From contig CBDBIJ010000042.1 of the NCBI GenBank assembly GCA_965205655.1, positions 1-64,000 of the forward strand: a DNA stretch of 64,000 nt, written 5' to 3'. This DNA is from Candidatus Latescibacterota bacterium. Its GTDB lineage: Bacteria; Latescibacterota; UBA2968; UBA8231. The notes below the pieces were generated by a model. It was given only the letters and a program-made list of their open reading frames with translations. It searched no databases and had not been told where the DNA came from. The translations under genes were made by a program, and so were the position numbers. Positions 31,872 through 41,286 of this stretch are shown piece by piece (the stretch's first letter is position 1; every line of letters starts with the position of its first letter).

Positions 31872-32018
31872 TCCACGGGTCGAACCACCGTCTTTGTGGC
31901 GGCTCCCGCGTGCCAATCTGGCAGCGGCACTCTGAAAGAAATTGTGCTTAGCGTTGCGCTATTTTTGTGTATATTCTTGTGCCGAAGACAGTTAGCCCCT
32001 ACTCCCCAGGAGGCTCTT

Positions 32019-32114
32019 CTGAAGTCTTCAGAGCGGCACCTCGTCCCCTTCGTGGTGCTCATAGCCCTCACGTGGGCTTTCATACGGCTTGGCATGGAGG
32101 TGTTCGCCCGCTAG
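32019..32114 (+). CDS. Putative 31-aa single-TM small protein (CTG start)
   Basis: AGGAGG SD 5 nt before CTG; MKSSERHLVPFVVLIALTWAFIRLGMEVFAR; TATATT -10 at 31970. Confidence 0.5.
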   Translation: MKSSERHLVPFVVLIALTWAFIRLGMEVFAR

Positions 32115-32139
32115 CGGTCTGAGACGCCTTGGGCGAGAA

Positions 32140-33423
32140 TCAATCGTAGTCCAGTCCCGGGGCGGGAAACCCATCACATAGCTCCCGTACTTCAGCGGCA
32201 ATTTCCCGGTACGTCTTTCTGCGCGCCTCCAGGTCGAGCTTGTCGTCAGACCTGACGGCGGCGACGCGTGTCATCCATTCGGCAATCTGGTCCATCTCCG
32301 ACACCCCGAACCCCCTGCTCGTGACAGCCGGTGTGCCGATCCGAATGCCGCTGGGACGCACCGCCGAACCCCTGTCACCTGGAATCAGGTTCTTGTTGCA
32401 GACTATTCCCGCCGCGTCCAGGGCCTTGGCCATCTGCTGGCCGGTCAATCCCTTGCTCGTCACGTCTATGAGAATGAGGTGATTGTCAGTCCCTCCTGAG
32501 ACGAGCGCGAACCCTCTGTTCGACAGCGACTCAGCCAGTGACCGGGCGTTGTCGACGATGGCCCCGGCATAGACCTTGAACGCCTCTGTCTGAGCTTCTT
32601 GCAAGGCGACGGCGATGGCTGCGGTCGTGTGGTTGTGCGGCCCCCCCTGGAGGCCCGGGAAAACCGCTTTGTCGATCGCCTCGGCGAACTGGTTCCGGCA
32701 CATGATCATACCGCCGCGAGGGCCGCGCAGCGATTTGTGCGTCGTCGTCGTCACGATGTCCATATGCGGTACCGGGCTGGGGTGTGCACCTCCCGCCACC
32801 AGTCCGGCGATGTGGGCGATGTCGGCGATGACCACAGCGCCCACTCCGTGCCCGATGCGGGCGAAGCGCTCGAAGTCGATGACGCGCGGATACGCCGTGG
32901 CACCGCAGAACAGGAGTCTCGGCCTGTGCTCTGCGGCAGCCGCCTCGATCTCGTCGTAGTTGAACCTGCCGCTTTCGGAATCGACGCCGTACTGAACCGC
33001 TCGATAGTGCAGGCCGGAGACCGAAACCGCCGCGCCATGCGTGAGGTGCCCTCCGTGATCGAGCGACATCCCCATCACGGTATCGCCGGGCTTCACGAGG
33101 GACATGTACACCGCCTGGTTCGCCGGCGAGCCGGAGTAGGGCTGCACGTTGACGTGCTCGGCGCCGAACAGATCGCGGGCCCGCTGCACGCACAGATCCT
33201 CGATTCGATCGATATTCTGCTGGCCCTCGTAGTAGCGAGCCGACGCGTACCCTTCCGAGTACTTGTTCGTCAGCACCGATGCTGTCGCTTCGAGCACCGC
33301 CTTGCTGGCATAATTCTCCGAGGGAATGAGCCTGATCTTCTCGTGCTGCCGGCGGTTTTCAGAGCCGATGAGACCGGCGATCTCGGGGTCGACTTGCTGT
33401 AGAGTCTGCATGACTGGCTTCAC
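32140..33423 (-). CDS. glyA: Serine hydroxymethyltransferase
   Basis: LIPSENY, NKYSEGY, GGHLTHG, TTTTHKSLRGPRGG, GIRIGTP. Confidence 0.97.
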   Translation of the reverse strand: MKPVMQTLQQVDPEIAGLIGSENRRQHEKIRLIPSENYASKAVLEATASVLTNKYSEGYASARYYEGQQNIDRIEDLCVQRARDLFGAEHVNVQPYSGSPANQAVYMSLVKPGDTVMGMSLDHGGHLTHGAAVSVSGLHYRAVQYGVDSESGRFNYDEIEAAAAEHRPRLLFCGATAYPRVIDFERFARIGHGVGAVVIADIAHIAGLVAGGAHPSPVPHMDIVTTTTHKSLRGPRGGMIMCRNQFAEAIDKAVFPGLQGGPHNHTTAAIAVALQEAQTEAFKVYAGAIVDNARSLAESLSNRGFALVSGGTDNHLILIDVTSKGLTGQQMAKALDAAGIVCNKNLIPGDRGSAVRPSGIRIGTPAVTSRGFGVSEMDQIAEWMTRVAAVRSDDKLDLEARRKTYREIAAEVRELCDGFPAPGLDYD

Positions 33424-33526
33424 AGGCCGTCCTGTGTGTTTATCTGATGATTCGGTTCATTAATATGCCTGACGCGATCAGCGGCAGGCCGCTGCAGGGA
33501 AATCAACTTAACAGCGTGGGTCTGGC

Positions 33527-35095
33527 ATGAGCAAATATCTCGGCATCGACGCGAGCACCCAGTCGATGACCGGTCTCATCATCGACACTTCGATTTCGGA
33601 GATCGTGCTGGAGGAGTCGGTCAACTTCGACGCTCACTTCAAAGACTCTTACGGCATCGAGAACGGAGTGCTCGAGTTCGGCGGTGGTGAGGTGCACAGC
33701 CCGCCGCTGATGTGGGCCGAGGCGCTGGACCTGTTGCTGGCGCGACTGGCCGAACGGCGCGCACCTCTGGCTGAGGTCGAGGCAATCGCGGGCAGCGGGC
33801 AGCAGCACGGAACCGTGTATCTCGACGACACTGCTGCTGTCGCGCTCGCAGACCTCAGCGCCCAGCGGTCGCTCGGCCAGCAGCTGTCCGGGATCTTTTC
33901 CCGGTCTACCTCACCCATATGGATGGACACCTCGACATCGGAGCAATGTCGCCAGATCGAGTCGGAAATCGGCGGTCGGCAGACCCTTCTCGAGCTCACC
34001 GGCAACAGCTGCTTCGAGCGCTTCAGCGGCCCTCAGATTCGCAAGTTTTACCAGGTCGATCCCGAGGGCTACTCCCGGACTGCGTACATCGGTCTGGTCA
34101 GCTCATTCATTGCCAGTCTGCTGGCGGGCCGCCTCGTGCCGGTGGATCCCGGTGACGGTAGCGGCACGAACCTCATGGACATCAGCTCTCGACGCTGGAG
34201 TCCTTCCGCCCTCTCCGCCACGGCGCCGGGCCTCGACGCCAAGCTCCTTCCCATAACCACTTCCCACGAAGCCGCCGGCCGCATCTGTCCCTACTTCGTC
34301 GAGCGCTACGGCTTTTCTCGACAGTGCCTGGTGCTGCCTTTTTCCGGAGACAATCCGTGCAGTCAGATCGGCCTCGGGCTCGTGAAGCCGGGCAAGGTGG
34401 CTCTGAGTCTGGGCACCTCGGACACGCTGTTTGCCTGCATGGACGAGCCACGGGTGTCTGCGAGCGGGGAAGGGGCCGTCTTCGCCTCGCCCGACGGGAT
34501 CAGCTACATGGCCCTGATCTGCTTTCTGAACGGCAGCCTCGCTCGAGAGGCTGTGCGTGACCACTACGAGCTAGACTGGAGTGAATTCGCCACGGCATTG
34601 AGGCAGACGCCGCCCGGAAACGGCGGCTCCCTCATGCTGCCATACTTCGATGCCGAGATCGTCCCCCACGTGAGCCGACCTGGGGTCGTGCGACATCAGC
34701 TCGATGCCGGCGACATGGCCGCCAATGTGCGCGCCGTTATCGAAGCCCAGGCCCTGTCCTCGAGGATCCACTCGAGCTGGATGGGGATTCCAGTGCGGTC
34801 GCTTTTCGTCACCGGTGGGGCCTCGGCGAATGCGGACATCCTTCAGGTGTACGCCGACGTACACGGTTGTGTCGTCCATCGCTTCCAGACGACGAACTCG
34901 GCGGCCCTGGGCGCCGCTCTTCGGGCTCGGCATGGCTATCTTGTCGCGGCGGGGGAGGATTCTGATTGGATGGAGATTGTGGCGCCTTTCACGCAGCCCG
35001 AATCCGGGTCCACCATCACCCCAAACCGGGAAGTGAGGTCGGTTTACGACGATCTCGAGCTCGCCTACCGCGACCTGGAGAGCCGCTCCGCCTGA
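33527..35095 (+). CDS. xylB: Xylulokinase (FGGY family, XYLB/Xks1-like subtype)
   Basis: YLGIDASTQS, GSGQQHG, PIWMDTST, ERFSGPQI, GDNP, SLGTSDT, NGSLARE, TGGAS. Confidence 0.82.
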   Translation: MSKYLGIDASTQSMTGLIIDTSISEIVLEESVNFDAHFKDSYGIENGVLEFGGGEVHSPPLMWAEALDLLLARLAERRAPLAEVEAIAGSGQQHGTVYLDDTAAVALADLSAQRSLGQQLSGIFSRSTSPIWMDTSTSEQCRQIESEIGGRQTLLELTGNSCFERFSGPQIRKFYQVDPEGYSRTAYIGLVSSFIASLLAGRLVPVDPGDGSGTNLMDISSRRWSPSALSATAPGLDAKLLPITTSHEAAGRICPYFVERYGFSRQCLVLPFSGDNPCSQIGLGLVKPGKVALSLGTSDTLFACMDEPRVSASGEGAVFASPDGISYMALICFLNGSLAREAVRDHYELDWSEFATALRQTPPGNGGSLMLPYFDAEIVPHVSRPGVVRHQLDAGDMAANVRAVIEAQALSSRIHSSWMGIPVRSLFVTGGASANADILQVYADVHGCVVHRFQTTNSAALGAALRARHGYLVAAGEDSDWMEIVAPFTQPESGSTITPNREVRSVYDDLELAYRDLESRSA

Positions 35096-35120
35096 TGGAG
35101 TCGGGAATGGCCTCCCAAGA

Positions 35121-35664
35121 TCAGTCACCTCGCGGGGACGGCGCCCCGCCGATCATGGCGTGGTAGGCTACGAGCGCCGCGGCGACGTGGACATTCATCG
35201 ACGGCCCCTTCCCGTGCATGGGGACAAAGACGGCTCCGTCGCAGTGCTGCAGCGTGGCCGGGTACACCCCCTTGCTCTCGTTTCCAAGAACGAGACAGAC
35301 CTTCGGGGGATAGGGGTAGTCGAGGTAACAGCGTGTCCCCTGAGCCATCTCCAGCGCCACGAGGTGGTACCCCTCTTCCTTTAGACAGCTGGCCGCTTGG
35401 TCGATCCGGGGGATCCGCCGCCAGGGCACCCGGCGGTCGTGACCTCCTCGAGGTGCGGTCGATCTCCTCGTCCGGTGGGACCGGCGTGCGACCGGTGAAC
35501 ACGAGCTCGCGCGCGCCGCAGGAATCGGCGATGCGAAATAGAGAGCCCACGTTTCTTGGGTCCACCATGCTCTGCAGCAAGAAGGCGAGCTCGACCTGGG
35601 GCGGGTACTGCTCGGCGGCCTCCTGAAACAACCGTCTCGCTTCCACTTTTCGCAGGGGTAGCAC
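35121..35664 (-). pseudogene. TrmH/SpoU RNA methyltransferase with one +1 frameshift (probably an assembly error)
   Basis: DPRNVGSLFRIADS in one frame, VLGNESKGV..PMHGKGPSMNV in another; removing one base near 35446 gives ..RTSRGHDRRVPW.. Confidence 0.8.
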
Positions 35665-35672
35665 TATGTCGA

Positions 35673-36434
35673 TCAGGGGCCCTTCACCGGCCCCGAGAGA
35701 CTGATGACGACGATCCATGCCTGTTTTCTCAGAAACGGTAGATACTCGAACAGGACCTGATCCACTCTGTTCAGGATGTTCAAGACTCGGGCGAATCCCG
35801 GCTTGTTTCGCAGGAATGCTGCTGCCAGTGAAAGGAGGTGATAGTAGCGGATCTCGACGCTTCCGAAAAACTCGGCAAGAATGCCAAGATCCCCCGCGCG
35901 CAGGGGGTGCTCGTCCTGCGAGCGCATTCGGGGAGTCAGCCGGCGATATAGGTTTATGGCCGCATTGTGTCCCAGCGGTTCGAGGAACACGGCTCTGCCG
36001 CCGCTCTTCAGGACGCGCGCGACCTCTGTCAGTCCCTGGCGCAACTCCAGGTGGTGCAGGATGCCGCTGCCGAAGACGACATCGAAGCTCGCCGCCGGAA
36101 ATTCGAGCTTCTCCGCGTTCATGATCTGAAAGTTGACGCGCTCGCTCAACCCTTGCTCGGAAGCCGCCTGCCTCCCCATTTCGACACCTGCTGCGGAGAT
36201 GTCTATGGCGTCGACGCCCACCCCTCGCTCTGCCAATGCCAGGCAGTAGCCGCCCCTTCCGCAGCCGAATTCGAGGGCTCGCTGCCCGGGCTCGAGGTAG
36301 CTGTCAATCAAATCGAAGTAGCGACCCTTGCTGATGGAGACGACGGAGTAGAAGCCGGCGGCGGCGGCTCGCGTCGCTTCGGTAAAGGTCTCGTCGTGGA
36401 ACTCCGCCTCTCGAAGCAGGCGACCGTCGGTCAT
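35673..36434 (-). CDS. Class I SAM-dependent methyltransferase
   Basis: ALEFGCGRG, IDIS, FDVVFGSGILHH, RVLKSGG.AVFLEP. Confidence 0.88.
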   Translation of the reverse strand: MTDGRLLREAEFHDETFTEATRAAAAGFYSVVSISKGRYFDLIDSYLEPGQRALEFGCGRGGYCLALAERGVGVDAIDISAAGVEMGRQAASEQGLSERVNFQIMNAEKLEFPAASFDVVFGSGILHHLELRQGLTEVARVLKSGGRAVFLEPLGHNAAINLYRRLTPRMRSQDEHPLRAGDLGILAEFFGSVEIRYYHLLSLAAAFLRNKPGFARVLNILNRVDQVLFEYLPFLRKQAWIVVISLSGPVKGP

Positions 36435-36447
36435 GATGCCTCGGCGA

Positions 36448-37328
36448 TCAGCGGCTGAGCTGTCGTCTCTTCAACCACAGGAGCAACACGTTCAGACCGA
36501 CGAAGGCCCACACGCCCAGCGCGAGCCAGCGGCGTTGCCGCTGGCTCGCCGAGTGATCGCCGATACGAGTCTCTACGGCTTCCATCTCTGTTCGGAAGTC
36601 ACTGACGCTCTCTTCGATAAGAGTTCGGTCGAGAGCGTGGGTTCTGGGATCGGCTTCTCGCAGAGCGGCTCTCGCCGCCTCCAGCAACGGCGTGGCTCGA
36701 GCCAGGGAGCGATCTTCGGCCGCGAGGCTGTCCAGCGTCGCGGCCGTCCGCCGCAGTCGCTCGCCGTTTTCCTTCAGCAATACACGAATAGCCAAGCCTG
36801 TCTCGAGCGCCGCCGTTCCAGCTGCGTGGCAGGAGGTGCAGGTTTCGTCCATAAGGGCGAGCGTCGCATCGACGACGCGGTGATTGTGGTGGCAGGAGAT
36901 ACACGTCGGGTTCGCTTCATCACGCCAGTCGCGATGCGGTCCTCTGGCGAAGAAATCGGTCGGGCCGGTATGGCAGCTGCCGCACACCTCTGCGATGTCG
37001 CCCCTTTGTGGCCTCCCTATGAATCCGGTTTGCGGGCGCCTTGGCGATCTGCGCATCCGCCTCGAACGGGAGGCCGCCGTGGCAGTCGTTGCACAGCATG
37101 CCGCCTTGGTAGTGAACGCTTTCGGAAAACTCTTCGGCCTGCTCGAAGTGGCACAGAGCGCAGGCCACATCCTCGAGATCTGCCTTCTGGGCGCTCAGCG
37201 GCAGCGCGGGAGAACAGCATCACCCAGCCAACCACCGCCACACCTCGGCAACCACGGACAAGCGTGCCGAGCGAAAGCATGTCCAGCTCGTGCGATTCCC
37301 GACCTCGGCGCGCGGCAGCGATCGCCAT
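36448..37328 (-). pseudogene. Membrane-anchored pentaheme cytochrome c with two +1 frameshifts (probably assembly errors)
   Basis: CALCH, CNDCH, CGSCH, CISCH, CTSCH spread over two frames, signal peptide in a third; single-base deletions near 37209 and 37030 join them; C-terminal TM helix. Confidence 0.8.
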
Positions 37329-37329
37329 C

Positions 37330-38507
37330 TCACTCGGCGACCTGCTGTGTCGCCTCCGCGATGGGATGGGGCATGCCGAGCATGTCGAAATGATAGCTCT
37401 TGCCCATCAGTGTCTGCGTCGTCTCCGAAAGATGCCCCAGCAGACCCAGCGCGAGGACGACGAATGCGACGGCGGCGCTGCCTGCGAGCACGCCCTTGCG
37501 GCGTTTGGGATGGCGCTCGGGCGAGGTGTCGATGAAGAGCGGCAAGACGATGAGAAGCAGCAGAAACAGCGGCGGTATGTGAACGCCGACAGCCTCTGGC
37601 ACGTACTTGAGCAGCTGGTACGCCGGTAGAAAGTACCACTCTGGTTTGATCCCGACCGGCGTGTTGAGAGGATCGGCGGGGTCACCCAGGTGGGGCTGGA
37701 ACAGCAGGGCGAGCGTCGCGAGGAGCCCGAGAGCCAGATACATCGCGGTGAAGTCCTTCAGCGCGTGGTGGGGCACGAACGGCTCACCCCCGTCCGCGGC
37801 GATCTCGTCGGGCCCGGATTCGCCTTCGTCCGTCCGCTGCAGCATGGAAATGCCCCTGGTAGCGAATGAGGAACAGGTGAAGCCCCATCAGTGACAGCAG
37901 CGCCAGTGGCAGGAGGAAGACGTGGACGACGTAGAAGCGGCCGAGGGTCGGATCGGCCACCTCGGAGCCGCCGATCATGAATTCCTGGGTCATGGGACCG
38001 ACGATCGGTATGGAAGCGGGAGCCTCTGTGGCCACCACTGTGCCCCAGTAGGCCACCTGGTCCCACGGCAGCAGGTAGCCGGTGAACCCGAAGAGGAGGA
38101 TGATCGCCAGCAGGAGCACCCCGACTATCCACGTCACCTCGCGCGGCCGTTTGTAGCCGCCGTAGAAGAGGACGCGAACCATGTGGAGGAGGGCGACGAT
38201 GACGATGAGGTGAGAGCCCCAGTGGTGCAGCGAGCGCACGAGCCAGCCCAGCGGGATATCGTAGGCAATCAACTCGATGCTGCTGTACGCCTCTTGGGCG
38301 CTCGGCTTGTAGTACACCATCAGCAGCACTCCGGTGAACAGCTGCACAGTCAGCAGTATGATGAGGGCGGAGCCGAGAGTGAAAAGCCAGTTCACGTGGA
38401 CGGGTACCGGCTTGCGCAGGTTGCCCATTAACACCCTGCGGGGCCGGCTCGAGATCGAACCGGCGGTCGAGCCAGTTCCAGAGGGCGCGCACCGCTCCCA
38501 TCCTCAT
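37330..38507 (-). pseudogene. Cytochrome b of a Rieske/bc complex (b6-like and subunit IV-like parts fused) with two +1 frameshifts
   Basis: GWLVRSLHHWG, LHMVRV, FTGYLLPWDQ, RFYVVH..LH, IKPEWYF; deleting one base in G4 at 38440-38443 and in C4 at 37853-37856 gives one continuous ORF. Confidence 0.85.
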
Positions 38508-38986
38508 CCCTTCGGGATCTCACCCACGTGGATGCCGTCTTCCCTCGCCGTCAGCGCTACCCGTCCCAGTGGATCTCGCGCCGGACCGCGCAGCACCTCG
38601 CCTCGCAGATTGTAGCGCGCTCCGTGGCAAGGGCACTCCACCTGCTGGCTGGCTGAATTCCAGGCAACTGTGCAGCCCAGATGTGTACAGGTGGCCTTCA
38701 AGCCGACGAGCGTGTCTTCTTTGCGGATGACGAGAATCTTGCCCAGGTGGCTGCGGGCAACGGTTGCCTCGTCGTCACCCAGAGACTGCGGAAGCAGGAC
38801 CCCTTCGCGGCCGACGAGAGGACCGGAACTCGAGGCGCCGCCAGCGGCAGGCCACAGGTATGCCAGTGCCGTGCCGATGAATCCAGTCGCCGCGCTGAGC
38901 ACTCCGAGCCCGAGAAGACCGTTTACGAGCCGGCGTGAAACTGGCTTTCGTCTGTCATGACGGTCTCCCTTGTCTTTTGTTGCCAT
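38504..38986 (-). CDS. Rieske [2Fe-2S] protein
   Basis: CTHLGC and CPCHG boxes; SRR followed by a hydrophobic anchor (Tat-like). Confidence 0.92.
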   Translation of the reverse strand: MATKDKGDRHDRRKPVSRRLVNGLLGLGVLSAATGFIGTALAYLWPAAGGASSSGPLVGREGVLLPQSLGDDEATVARSHLGKILVIRKEDTLVGLKATCTHLGCTVAWNSASQQVECPCHGARYNLRGEVLRGPARDPLGRVALTAREDGIHVGEIPKG

Positions 38987-39189
38987 CCTAGACCTCATTC
39001 ATTAAGTTAGCGCGTCCACGGTGCAACACCCACCGCTCATTTTACTGTCCGATTCCTCACACATAGAGCATGTTCCCTCTGAGTCAGTGCCCCGGGGAAA
39101 CTCTGCTTAGATCAGAGTGACCTGCGTTGACTCGTCTGAGGTTCGGTCCGCATGTGTGATTCATTCACTCACCTGGAAGGGAATTACAG

Positions 39190-39927
39190 ATGACCGCCTT
39201 CATTCGCTCTACCATAGTCGGGATGGCGCTGCTCGTCGGTGCAGCCACTGCAGAAGAAGTAGCCATACCGGCCAGCAAGGACAACACGCTCTTTGAAGAT
39301 GCAAAAGGGGAGACCAGCAACGGCTCAGGTATTTATCTGTTCGCAGGTAACACCAATCAAGGTCAAGCTCGCCGTACTCTGATCGCTTTTGACATCGCCA
39401 CCCACGTCCCCACCGATGCGACCGTGACCCGCACAAGCGTTACGCTCAACATGTCCAAAACCACGGCGGGATCTCAAGCCGTGCAGCTGCATCGCCTCCT
39501 CGCTGACTGGGGCGAAGGGTCTTCCGACGCCGCGAGCCAGGAAGGTAAGGGAACAGCCGCGGACACAGATGACGCTACCTGGCTTCACACCTTCCTCGAC
39601 ACCCAAGAGTGGGCCGCGCCGGGCGGCGACTTCGTCGGTACGGCCAGCGCCAGTCTGGCGGTCGAGGGCGTTGGCCTCTACACGTGGGAATCGACCCCTT
39701 CGATGGTAGCGGATGTCCAGGGTTGGCTGGATGGTTCCCTTGGCAATTTCGGCTGGATTCTTATCGGCAACGAGGAAGAGGACAGGACGGCTAAGCGATT
39801 TGACAGCATGGAGCATTCCGAGGTCGCCAACAAGCCGTTGCTCACCGTTGAATTCGAACGGGCGCCCGATGTTGTCACGTCAGTCGATGCGAAATCCTGG
39901 GGCCAGGTCAAACGGAATTCGCACTGA
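39190..39927 (+). CDS. Secreted DNRLRE-domain-like protein with C-terminal 'SWGQVK' motif
   Basis: Signal peptide, KDNTLFE, RRTLIAFD, W.EG..ATW..W..PGGDF, VQGWLDG..N.GW, KPLLTVEF. Confidence 0.75.
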   Translation: MTAFIRSTIVGMALLVGAATAEEVAIPASKDNTLFEDAKGETSNGSGIYLFAGNTNQGQARRTLIAFDIATHVPTDATVTRTSVTLNMSKTTAGSQAVQLHRLLADWGEGSSDAASQEGKGTAADTDDATWLHTFLDTQEWAAPGGDFVGTASASLAVEGVGLYTWESTPSMVADVQGWLDGSLGNFGWILIGNEEEDRTAKRFDSMEHSEVANKPLLTVEFERAPDVVTSVDAKSWGQVKRNSH

Positions 39928-40192
39928 CGACCAGGCTGGAGCGCCACGCTCGTGACCCCGCCTTAATAGCTCTCCGCGAGAGGAAGTCCGCTCACCCCCC
40001 GGCCACCACCAGGCGCACGCCGCTTTCGTAGCGTCACTCGTACGCAGCCATCGGGAACCGCCGGTGCCAGCATGGCCTGCTCGCCGTCGGTAGCATGGTC
40101 TGGAGTGCGGCATTCGTTAGCTTCAGTGAGCGTACGGCAGGGTAGTCACACTCCCACCGCGTTCAATCACCGCTCCTTCGGACCGCCGTTGA

Positions 40193-41224
40193 ATGTCGAC
40201 TGAATCCTCGTCACAGCCTCCCATCGGCGTGCTCCTGGCGCAGCTGGGTACGCCGGAGGCGCCCACAGCCGCGGCGCTGCGACCGTATCTGCGCCAGTTT
40301 CTCAGCGATCCCAGGGTCGTGGACCTCCACCCCCTGAGATGGTGGCCGATTCTCTATCTGTTCGTCCTCACGCGGCGGCCGGCGCGGTCCGCTCGCCTCT
40401 ACAAGAGAATCTGGCAGAGCGATGGCTCGCCGCTCATGATTCACTCCAGAGCGCAGGAACTGGGCCTGCGACGGCGGCTGGGATCGGGCTATCGGGTCCT
40501 CCTCGGTATGCGCTACGGTAAGCCGAGCGTGCGAGAGGCCATCGAGACATTTGGTGCCGAGGGTATCGAGCGCCTCCTCGTCTTCCCGATGTTTCCCCAG
40601 TTCTCGAGCGCCACCACCGGCTCTGTGTACGACGCAGTCTACCGCGCCGCCCAGGGACGCAGGGGGCTATTCAGACGTGATCGCAGGCGCTCCATGCCGA
40701 CGATCCGGATGGTGCCGCCCTACTTCGATCACCCGGCCTATATCCACAGCCTCGCGGCGAGGCTCGAAGAGGTAGTGAAGGACAGCCACGAGCCAGATCG
40801 ATACCTGATCACCTTTCACGGCATTCCCAAGCGCTACGTCGACGAGGGCGATCCGTACCGCACCCAGTGCGAGACAACGGCGAAGCTGCTCGCGGAAGGC
40901 CTCGGGCTGGAGACGGATCGCTGGCTGGTCGGATTTCAGTCGCGCTTCGGCAAGGAAGAATGGCTCCAGCCCTACACCGAGGACATCCTTCGCCAGCTCG
41001 GTGGCCAGGGGGTGCGCCGTCTTGTCGTGACCTGTCCCGGCTTCACCGCGGACTGCCTGGAGACACTCGACGAGATCGGCAACGAAGGAACCGTTCAATT
41101 TCGAGCCGGTGGCGGCGAGGAGCTTGAACTGGTCCCCTGCCTGAATGACCACCCTCGGTGGCTGGACTCGATGGCGGAGATCATTCGTCAGGAGAGTGCT
41201 GGTTGGGATTCGGCGTCGACCTGA
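40193..41224 (+). CDS. hemH: Ferrochelatase
   Basis: LLAQLGTP, YLRQFLSDPRV, GMRYGKP, PMFPQFS, FHGIP, FQSRFG..WLQP, DCLETLDEI. Confidence 0.96.
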   Translation: MSTESSSQPPIGVLLAQLGTPEAPTAAALRPYLRQFLSDPRVVDLHPLRWWPILYLFVLTRRPARSARLYKRIWQSDGSPLMIHSRAQELGLRRRLGSGYRVLLGMRYGKPSVREAIETFGAEGIERLLVFPMFPQFSSATTGSVYDAVYRAAQGRRGLFRRDRRRSMPTIRMVPPYFDHPAYIHSLAARLEEVVKDSHEPDRYLITFHGIPKRYVDEGDPYRTQCETTAKLLAEGLGLETDRWLVGFQSRFGKEEWLQPYTEDILRQLGGQGVRRLVVTCPGFTADCLETLDEIGNEGTVQFRAGGGEELELVPCLNDHPRWLDSMAEIIRQESAGWDSAST

Positions 41225-41286
41225 GACCCCCGAGAGCACGGCGCTGTAACTACTGATTCTTGACCAAATACGGGCCCGCTCTTCGT

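Noticed and set aside
37330..37845. Separate subunit IV (petD-like) gene implying a split b6f-type cytochrome b
   Set aside because: Deleting one base in the C4 run at 37853-37856 fuses it to the cytochrome b N-terminal part (..RYQGISMLQR..), matching the local indel pattern.
39928..40192. GC-rich 265-bp intergenic region containing GAGAGGAAGTCCG (RNase P-like) and a GGGGGGTGA run on the minus strand (tmRNA-like start)
   Set aside because: The RNase P 3' P4 strand and a tmRNA T-arm/CCA end are not visible; only short hairpins. An Rfam scan would settle it.
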